Below are positions 53,830 through 64,000 of a stretch of DNA of 64,000 bases, piece after piece. Position 1 is the first letter of the stretch; every line of letters begins with the position of its first letter. This DNA is from Octopus vulgaris. Lineage: Eukaryota. The notes beneath the pieces were generated by a model. The model was not told the DNA's origin and ran no database searches. It was given only the letters and a program-made list of their open reading frames with translations. The position numbers and the translations under genes were made by a program. The stretch lies in assembly GCA_951406725.2 (NCBI GenBank), contig OX597831.1, positions 36,890,001 to 36,954,000 of the forward strand. The letters run 5' to 3'.

Positions 53830-54769
53830 GTCTTTTTATTTATTCCATATTACTAATACAACAACTATACCATTATCAAAAGCAGAGACTTACCATTTAA
53901 GGTGGGTATAATATGCTTATATGTGTTACCTCAAAGCATTCCATTTGTTACCAGAACATCAGTTTTTAGAGCCTGTGTCTATAAAAGACTACATTATGCA
54001 ATGCGTTACTTTCTCAAGATGGTGCGGCATGGCAGGAAGGAAATTTAACTGTTAATTTTAAGCTAGACCAGTAACACATAGAGGTTACTTTATAAATATA
54101 TATATAAAAACAAGTTTTTATATCCTCCCTTCCTCAGAGTGATTCAAAACTCTGTACTAAGGAAGGATGCTGTTTTTTATTCTGATAATTTCTGTGTAAT
54201 ATTTAGCAGAAAATAAAAGAACCAAAGTAAGGAATAAGATATGAGAGAACCCAATATCTGTTTTCTAGAATTACTCCACATGTTATAAGAGTCAGTTGGT
54301 AGCATCTGTTAGTTTGCAAGACCATGGATCTACAGATGGAAATTCTTTCTTTGGCTTTATTGGCAGAGGCGTAGGAGTGGCTGTGTGGTAAGTAGCTTGC
54401 TTGCCAACTACATGGCTCCGAGTTCAGTCCCACTGCATGGCACCTTGGACAAGTGTCTTCTACTATTGCCTCGGGCTGACCAAAGCCTTGTGAGTGGATT
54501 TGGTAGATGGAAACTGAAAGAAGCCCATCGTATATATGTATATGTGTGTGTGTGTTTGTGTTTGTCAACCACAACATCGCTTGACAACTGATGCTGGTGT
54601 GTTTACATCCCCGTAACTTAGCAGTTCAGCAAAAGAGACCAATAGAATAAGTACTAGGCTTACAAAGAATAAGTCCCGGGGTCAATTTGCTCGACTAAAG
54701 GCCGTGCTCCGGCATGACCACAGTCAAATGACTGAAACAAGTAAAAGAAAGGTAAAAGAAAAGAGGAGT

Positions 54770-55045
54770 TTCCGTTGTAACGATACAGATCCACATATGG
54801 ATAATGGTCTTAGCTGTAGTGATTGTGTTTGAAGTCGTGGTCAATCATTCTTGTCCTGGTTATGTTTTACTGTCGATTTTGCTTTTCTTCATCAGCAAGT
54901 CCCCAGCCTCCTCTCCTCTCATCTTTTTAATCCCTTGTCTAGTTGTAGTCTTTATCAGAAGCCATCATCAACAATGTCTACCTACTTTTCAATGTTCTTA
55001 CAAACACACTCTATGTCCTGCCAACAAACATGTTTGAAGTGTCTC
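54770..55045 (-). mobile_element. Degenerate LINE (probably RTE) 3' fragment
   Basis: Purine-rich minus strand with decayed, stop-interrupted C-terminal-like coding pattern. Confidence 0.35.
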
Positions 55046-55609
55046 TTATCAGAGGCCACTTCCCCATAGAACAAATTTGTTTTTATTTTCTCATCTAATA
55101 TGCAGTGTGCCATGGCTCAGCCAGTGATGGTGTCATTGTTACAGTAGGATGAGAACGCTGGAGTTTGCCTGCAACTCAGAATCTCATTATTTGTAACTTT
55201 GCATAAGAATATGTATGTTAGAATATATATGTTTTAAAACAAAGCCCTTGTGCTTTCTCAACCTAAGCTTAAGCAAAGAACCAAAGTAAGGAATAAGATA
55301 TGAAAGAACTCAATATCTGTGTTCTAGAATTGCTCCACATGTTATAAGAGTGAGTTGGTAGCATCTGTTAGTTTGCAAGACCATGGATCTACAGATGGAA
55401 ATTCTTTCTTTGGCTTTATTAGCAGAGGCGTAGGAGTGGCTGTGTGGTAAGTAGCTTGCTTGCCAACTACATGGCTCCAAGTTCAGTCCCACTGCATGGC
55501 ACCTTGGACAAGTGTCTTCTACTATTGCCTCGGGCTGACCAAAGCCTTGTGAGTGTATTTGGTAGATGGAAACTGAAAGAAGCAACTTGGATGTTTTCAT
55601 TTCTAAATT

Positions 55610-55640
<31 letters not shown>

Positions 55641-57160
55641 CTGTGTGTCTGTGTCTGTGTGTCTGCATTTATAAATTTTTAAAATTCTTAAGAAAAGTCT
55701 TTTGATGCATTCACAGTATTTGAAAAACAAAGATTTCCTAAATTTATTGTTGTTTGTTGTTTGTTCCTTCTCGAGCCATGCCTAGCTCATAGGGCCAGTT
55801 TCCCAGTTTCCTTGGCATATAGGTTCCCCACCTGGATGGGAAGCCAGTCCATTGCAGGTGAGCTGCAAAATGCAGGAGGAAAGAGTGAGAGAAAGTTGTG
55901 GTGAGAGAGTCAGCAGAAGTTCACCATTATCTTCTGCCGGAGCCATCTGGAACTTAGGTGTTTCACTCATAAACACACACATAGCCTGGTCTGAGATTCG
56001 AACCCATCATCCCTCGACCATGAGTCCACTGCTCTAACAACTAGGCCATGTGCCTCCACCTTAAATTTATTAATATTAGAAATTTTTTTCAGAAAGCAGA
56101 TTAGCATAGTCAAAATGGAAGAGAAAAGTGGTGTGCTTTCATTATCTCCAGCTTTTCAAACACATGCAGATAAATGATAATCCACATGGTAGTAATTGTT
56201 CTCTGTAGCAATCTTCACTACTTATGGTTTAGTTCCAAATTAAAAATCTGTATAGAATATTCTTCTTCTGCCTTTTGTAATTTATTGGTTTCTATCTTTA
56301 TTTCGAAAAATGAATATTTTGAATTTCCTATTTACTCAATCCAAACATTCCAACAAATGTTTACTCCATGGATCATTCTGAATAGATGGTTATGTGATTT
56401 GTTGTTTATGTACCCTGACTCAGTCCATTAAGTTTGTTACTGCCAATATATTATTCATTGTATTGCGAACATATTACAGCTCCTAAATTTGCAGATGTCA
56501 ACAGAGGAATATATCAATCAAGTTCTGAAGTTAATTTAATTTTCAGTTTATACATTTACCCTGAAATCTCTGACATTTTACTTATGTTATAAAACATCGT
56601 TAAAAAGGAGACTACTGTGGATAGAAAATGGGTTACAACTTAATGATCTAGATTTATAGACAAAATACTTTTCAACATTAGATTTCAATTTCTTAAATAA
56701 AGGAAACTCAGTGTTATTACACACACACACACACATACACACAATATATTAACTACACTAACTTACATTACTTCACACATAGTATGCCATACTACTACAC
56801 AACATTTCATGCATACACATCAGAGTACATATACATATACAATCATATCACACACACAAATCACACAATTTGACATGCAGACACATCATGCCTGTTCGTA
56901 CATCACACACTTCGTACTATACTATACTCATTACTTTTCATACATACATGCCACAGCAAGCACATATGTGCCACTACAACCGTAGATGTGCATCTCCACC
57001 ACATCATACTGCACAAATACATGTAATACCACATATATGCACACTATACATACATACCTTTCACTACCAAATACCATCACACAATAGCACATCTTACATG
57101 CACACACATACCAAAACGCATACATGAGCACATAACATGCTTCAAGCAAACACATACAAT

Positions 57161-57198
<38 letters not shown>

Positions 57199-57991
57199 CA
57201 TAATGAAAGAATAGAAAATAAAATTTAAACAATCAAAATACTTAAATGACTAGAAAATTATTTTCATCAAAAATATATTTGAAGAGAAAAATTTATTTTA
57301 TTTTCACTTTATTATTTACATTTTTTAATGTTTTTTTTTTATAATTATCAAAGTTTTCCAAAAGTAAAATTTAAAAGGAAAGAATAAAATTATTGCGTAT
57401 ATGAGTGTGTGTGTGTGTGTGTGATTTCTTTTTATATTCCACATTGTAATTTGTCAAAATGTTTAAGAATTTTCTGTTTCACGGAGCATAAATACATAAA
57501 AACATTATTTAAAGACAGACTACTACTACTACTACTACTACAAATTTTTTTTCTTAATATATGGTTTCAATATCAATGATAAAATGAACTGATTTACATA
57601 TATTTGTTTCTTTTTATTTCATCTTATACAGCTTAGGCATATATATGTACACATAGACACCCACACACATATACATGTACATGCATATAAACACATACAA
57701 ACATACGCACACATAGACCTATATATATACATATATATATATGTAAACATCTGTGTGTGTAAATGTGCATGCGATCATGAGTATTTCTGTGTGACTTTAT
57801 AGTTGTTTTATTCTGGCACATTTATGTGTGTGAATATAATCTCCCTGTTTTTTTGTTTTTTTTATTATTGTTATATATTCATATGCCAAATCTGATGACT
57901 TGAAAACAATTTAGTAAATACACAATAATTAAATTTATTTGCAAAGCAATCAATTTGTCTCACATTCAGAATTCATATAAAAGACATAGAT

Positions 57992-58022
<31 letters not shown>

Positions 58023-58207
58023 GTACACATACAAATATATGTATGCCTACATATATACATATACATACATATATATATACACACCAGGACATATGTATAA
58101 TATGTATGCATACATAATATATATGAACATATATATATCTATATATACATATATATGCATATATATGTACATATATATATATGTATGTATATATATATAT
58201 ATATATG

Positions 58208-58251
<44 letters not shown>

Positions 58252-58312
58252 TATAAGCATATTTATATATATATATATGCATATTTATATAAGTACATAT
58301 ATATACATACAT

Positions 58313-58385
<73 letters not shown>

Positions 58386-59192
58386 CATACATATATTTGT
58401 AACATGAAAATAAAATTTAAGAAAGAATAAGAATTTTTGATAAAAAAAATACATGAAAGAAATTTTAAACAAATTTGTTGAAAATTCCACTCAGAAAAAA
58501 AAAAGCAGTATCGAAGTTAAAAAAAACAAAAACAAATAAAAAGCAACAAAGGAAGAAAAGAATGAATTTTGAATGTTAAAATCAATGAGTGTTACTAATA
58601 AAATGAAATGCATGAGTAGATTTTAGTATTATCTTAAAGAAAGGGGAAAAATTATAAATGAGAAGAGGAAAAAAAAAATATCTGAACTAGTCTAGATGTT
58701 GGAAAATCCTTTAACGATAGAATTATAGTAGTTTGTTGAAATACCAAGAATTAGCAAGATACATTCCTTTTCATTTTATTCGGTATGAATCCTCAAGAGA
58801 ACCTAAGTTGGTTAGGTAAAAGAAAAAAAAAGAAAAGAATAGATAGGATATTGGAAAAAAAAAATTTCATGGAAATATTGTGGTGAAGGTTTTTCTGATG
58901 GAAGAGTCCATTTGCCAATTTTGTGTTGCATTCTTTTGGGACTTATCAAATAAACACTAGTCAGGTGAAGATCAAATGTGTGTGTGTGTATGATTGAGTG
59001 TGTGTGTGTGTGTCTGTGTGTGTGTTTGTGTGTGCGTGTGTGTATGTGTGCGTGTTTGTGTCTGTGTGTGTACATCCATTTGTAAAAATGTATGGTTTAA
59101 TGCTTTGAGAATCACTACTACTACTACTATTACCACTACTACTACTACTACTACTAATAATAATAATAATAATAATACCACCACCACCACCG

Positions 59193-59257
<65 letters not shown>

Positions 59258-59890
59258 GTTGCTGCTAGTTATTGTTGCTGTTTTGATCATGGTCAGCTCT
59301 TACTCAGAAGGTCTATAATCAAAGAGATTTAAGCTTTAGCCATTCCACATATTTTAATCTTAGGTAATTCCTGCCCCTGGCTTTTACATTATCCAATATA
59401 TTGTTTTCTTTCTAAGATGATAAGGTTGTGATCTGAGGGAGATTTTCTTGCTATTTGTAGCACATCGAGTAGCCATGAATGAACTCACTTATAACAACAC
59501 ATGCAATGTTACAATCTATGTTTTTGCTTAATGTGCGGTCCAAGGCAAATTGGTAGAGTTGTTTGAGCATGGGAAAGAATACCTTGTGGTATTAGTTCTT
59601 GCCCTCTGAGTTCAAACCCTACTAGTGTTAGCTTTACTTTCCTTCATTTTGGGGTTGATAAAACAAAAAGCAGTGAAGTAGCAAAGCTGTTAGAGGGGCA
59701 AGCAAGATACCTGGTGGTATTTATTCCAGGTACGGGAGGTCTGACAGTAATATCTGTCTTGAGACTGATCCGAAGTTGTGTTGGCCCAAAATCTCTGGCT
59801 TTTCTCATGGGTAAACATTGGTACTGCAGAGAGAGGAGACGTGGGTATGCTGGCTGGATCCTGAGCCCATGGGACAAAATGCTCAGCAGT

Positions 59891-60279
59891 ATTTCTTTAG
59901 GCTCTTAACATTCTGCGTTCAAATTCTCTTGAGGTCAACTTTGCCTTTCATCCTTTTGGGGGTCAATAAAGTAAGTAACAGTGAAACACTAGGGTCAATG
60001 TAATTGACTGTCTCTCAACCCCTAAAATTGCTGGTCTTGTGTTAAAACTTGAACCCATTTCATAGAGAGAGAGGAGAGACTTGCATTTCTTTAGGCACTT
60101 AACATTCTGAGTCTAAACTCTGTTGAGGTCAACTTTGCCTTTCATCATTTTGGGGTCAATAAAGTAAGTAACAGTGAAACACTAGGGTCAATGTAATTGA
60201 CTGTCTCTCACCCACTAAAATTGCTGGTCTTGTGTTAAAACTTGAACCCATTTCATAGAGAGAGAGGAGAGACTTGCAT
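59891..60279 (+). repeat. ~194-bp tandem duplication of a SINE plus flank
   Basis: 59891-60084 is repeated at 60085-60279. Confidence 0.9.
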
Positions 60280-60552
60280 GTATCAGAATTCTGTTTAGTC
60301 TCTCTCAAAGAATTTTGACCAGTTCTGCAGATGCATATATAGATGCGTGGCCAACTGTGACCACCGAATACCCCTATATAGTTCCACATCATACAGGGAA
60401 CTTTGCTGGAATTCCTTGTAGTATCCATTTCAGTTCTGTGCATTCTGATTTTAGAATCTCACCTTGACCAAGTTATAGAGAAACAACAATTCCAAATGGA
60501 CTAATGAAACCAAACCAAAACTTACAAGTTTCAAACTCAAAAGTTTATACGG

Positions 60553-60733
60553 TTCTATAGTTAAGAGATGAGGAATTATGTACATTATTTACATTATTTA
60601 CATTTGACGGATATTTGTCCTCATCTCGTTTGTTGTTAACACAACATTTCGGCTGATATACCCTCCAGCCTTCATCAGGTGTTTTGGGGGAATTTAAAAC
60701 CTAGGTTCTCATTCCTAAGGTATTTTTTCGATG

Positions 60734-60802
<69 letters not shown>

Positions 60803-60885
60803 CATTATTATTCAGGTCACTCCTTGGAATCGAACTCAGAATCTTGGGGTTAATAGTCTGTGCTCTTAACCACTATGCCATACAC
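60553..60885 (-). mobile_element. Family A element (tRNA head, (AAT)n, HHR tail), near full length
   Basis: Reverse complement gives TGGCATAGTGG...GAGTTCGATTCC head, an AAT tract, and the same tail as 52577-52762. Confidence 0.8.
60637..60683 (-). ncRNA. Minimal type I hammerhead ribozyme (family A)
   Basis: AACAC-CTGATGA-A-GGCTG...CAGCC-GAAA-TG-TT-GTGTT; stem III shows CpG decay. Confidence 0.65.
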
Positions 60886-62107
60886 GTTGTTCAGTGGCAT
60901 TCTGGCCATCGCTATGTTCTGTGATCAAATTCCACCAAAGGGTTAATAAAATGAGTACCAGTTTGAAATAATATTTATTATTATTATTATTATTATAGCA
61001 GGTAGTTGTCAGAATCATTAGCATACCAGGCAAAATGCTTAGCAGCATTTAATCTATCATTATTTTCTGAGTTTAAATTCTGTCAAGGTCGACTTAGCCT
61101 TTCATCTTTTGCGAGTTAATAAAACAAGTGCCAGATGGGCATCTAGGCTCAATGTAATTGATTTCGCCCACCCCCAATATTTTAAGCCTTGTGACTATAA
61201 TAGAAATTATTATGATTATTATTTTCGTTTATATCAGAAATTTAGCTTGCTTACCAACCAAATGGTTCCAGGTTCAGTCTCACTGTGTGGCACCTTCGGC
61301 AAGTGTCTTCTACTATAGCTTCAGGCCAACCAAAGCCTTGTGAATGGATTTGGTAGATGAAAATTGAAAGAAGCCTGCTGTATATAAATATATGTATCTG
61401 TGTGTCTGTGTGTCTGTGTTTCTCCCCCACCAATGTTGGTGTGTTTACGTTCTCCGTAAATTAGTGGTTCAGCAAAAGAAACCAATAGAATAAGTACTAG
61501 GCTTACAGACAATAAGTCCTGGGGACGATTTGTTCAACTGAAGGCGGTGCTCCAGCATGGTCACAGTCAAATGACTGAAGCAAATCAAAGAAAAAATATC
61601 GTTCATTGTTAGTCACAAGTTTTCAATAGATCGTTCATTGGTTCATTGCATTTCTGATGGTGAAAGTGACAAGAGAGTGAAGCTTACACTGTACAAAGCC
61701 TAAGAGACAATTTCGCTTCATTGGTCAATCAGTTCTTCTCACTGTCATCAATAATTTTGACAAAATTATTAAACTGTCACACAGAATGTGTCACGGTGCT
61801 TGTTCTGACTCACTCTGCACTGAGTTCAAATCTCACCAAGGTCTGCTCTTCCCTTTCTTCTTTTCGAGTTGATAAAAAAGCTGTGTGGTAAGACACTTGC
61901 TTCCGAGTCAAATGGCTGTGAATTCAGTCCCACTGCGTGGCACCTTGGGCAAGTGTATTCTGCTATAGCTCAGTCCCAACCAAACCTTGTGAGTGGATTT
62001 GATAAACAGAAACTAAAAGAAGCCCGTCATGTATACACACACACACATATTTGAAAAGATTTGTAGACATACCACACTAGTAAGTAGATATTAAAGATAA
62101 ACAAAGG

Positions 62108-62503
62108 TGAATATTCTTTCTTAAAATTGGGTGTGATTTAATTTACATGTTACAGTTCTTTTGAAAAATCCTTATCAAAAATAAATATAAAATATGTGTA
62201 AAGAGAAGAGAGCTATTAATAAAATTGAATTAAAGTTAAAATTAAGAATTACTACTGAGTAGTAATTTGCTGTCGCAGTCAGTTGAGCTTGCCATGCCTC
62301 CAGAATGAAAGAACCAAATGCTAATGCTAGAAGAAAGGACAGTAAACTATGAATGTTATTCTTAATTTTAATTTTAATTCAATTTTATTAATAGCTCTCT
62401 TCTCTTTACACATATTTTATACTTATTTCTGATAAGGTTTTTTCAAAACAACCAAAACATGTAAATTAAAACAGACCTCATTTTTAAGAAAGTAGCATTT
62501 TCA
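62108..62503. repeat. AT-rich inverted repeat, arms ~165 bp, spacer ~60 bp
   Basis: 62108-62274 is the reverse complement of 62338-62503 with scattered mismatches. Confidence 0.8.
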
Positions 62504-62557
62504 TATATATATACACACACACATATATATATATTTATATGTATAAATATATATATG

Positions 62558-62614
<57 letters not shown>

Positions 62615-62691
62615 TATAGATATAGATATATTTATACATATAAATATATATATATATTTATACACACATATATATATATATATATATATAT

Positions 62692-63119
62692 TGGTAAAAC
62701 GGTAAGATAACAAAAGAAAGAAAGAGACCTCAATATTATGTAAATAGAGGAAATTTATCTATACAATGATATGTTACATAACTCGATAGTCAAGATAAAA
62801 CTCTGAGTTTCAGATGCCGAAGTGGGAATCCACGACATCTCTTCGGTTATCTGGCTATTTGAAAACGCTATGAAAAGAAAACCGTTATACAAAGGGAAAT
62901 TACTCTGTTATAACTCTGCTTGCCTGCGTACTTATACATCGCTCGCATTTTACGGCGTAATTTTTATGGCGTAAAATGCGAGCGATGTATAAGTACGCAG
63001 GCAAGCAGAGTTATAACAGAGTAATTTCCCTTTGTATAATGGCGTTTTTTCATATGTCGTTTTCAAATAGCCAGATAACCGAAGAGTTTTATCTTGACTA
63101 TCGAGTAATGTAACATATC

Positions 63120-63122
<3 letters not shown>
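62692..63122. mobile_element. Family D inverted-repeat (Penelope-like) element between (TA)n tracts, with HHR-like motif at 62793-62852 (-)
   Basis: Arms at 62765-62954 and 62970-63122, about 70 bp perfect near the centre. AGATAA-CCGAAGA-GATGTCG...CGGCATC-T-GAAA-CTCAGAG-TT-TTATCT. Confidence 0.7.
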
Positions 63123-63176
<54 letters not shown>

Positions 63177-63203
63177 ATTTATACATATAAATATATGTAT
63201 ATA

Positions 63204-63242
<39 letters not shown>

Positions 63243-63415
63243 TTTGGGTATGGTAGATGAGTTCACTAAAAATCTAGATTCAGATGAATATGCTGCTTAT
63301 GTTGAAGCACCAGAATTTAGTACAGTGTTATCCATACAATTTCAAAGAAGGGTGATTAAAATCAAAATAGGCAACACCTCTGCATTACCTCTGGATACCC
63401 TTGTTGCCTATTTTG

Positions 63416-63471
<56 letters not shown>

Positions 63472-64000
63472 ATGTATGTATGTATACATTTTACTCTCTC
63501 TTTTGCTCTTTTATTTCTTTCAGCCATTTAACTGTGGCCATGCTGGAGCATCACCTTTAGTCAAGCAAATCGACTACAGGACTTATTCTTTGTAAGCCTA
63601 GTACTTATTCTACCAGTCTCTTTTGCCAAACTGCTAAGTTACTGGTACATAAACACACCAGCATCAGTTGCAGGGACAAACACACACACACACATACATA
63701 TATATATGTACATATGTATTTATGTTTCTGCCTACCAAATCCACAAAACTTTGGTTGGCCCGAGGCTATAGTTGGGTGCCATGAGTGGGACTGAACCCGG
63801 GACCATGTGGTTGGTAAGCAAGCTACTTACCACACATCTACTCCTGTGTCTATATAAGTATATATGCTATTTACTCTCTCTTTTACTGTTTTATTTCTTT
63901 CAGTCATTTGACTGTGGCCATGCTGGAGCACTGCCTTTAGCTGAGCAATTCGATCACAGGACTTATTCTTTGAAAGCCTGGTACTTTTTCTATTGGTCTA

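Noticed and set aside
63241-63415. Protein-like ORF segment MVDEFTKNLDSDEYAAYVEAPEF...
   Set aside because: No convincing splice sites or recognisable homology; it sits between microsatellites.

Overview
AT-rich, microsatellite-dense animal DNA. The repeat repertoire resembles what I recall of Octopus (coleoid cephalopod) genomes, but that assignment is pattern recognition, not a database result. Almost all ORFs in the track are artefacts of (TA)n/(CA)n/(TATG)n/(CT)n repeats or SINEs. The window holds at least four tRNA-headed SINE families, an RTE-tailed non-autonomous family, truncated LINE ends (CR1, RTE, R4/Dong-like), several MITEs (hAT, Tc1/mariner, pogo-like, piggyBac-like) and many local duplications. 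The best host-gene evidence is a minus-strand signal-peptide first exon at 45326-45407, suggesting the left part of the window is mostly intron. The most striking signal is a set of minimal type I hammerhead ribozyme (HHR) motifs in about five unrelated repeat families, several with Penelope-like inverted or tandem arrangement. One family joins a Pol III tRNA-like head, an (AAT)n spacer and an HHR-bearing tail. Two insertions of it carry an inverted partial tail copy inside ~13-bp direct repeats. This makes it a candidate Penelope-mobilised, ribozyme-bearing SINE. Repeat boundaries were read by eye and are approximate.
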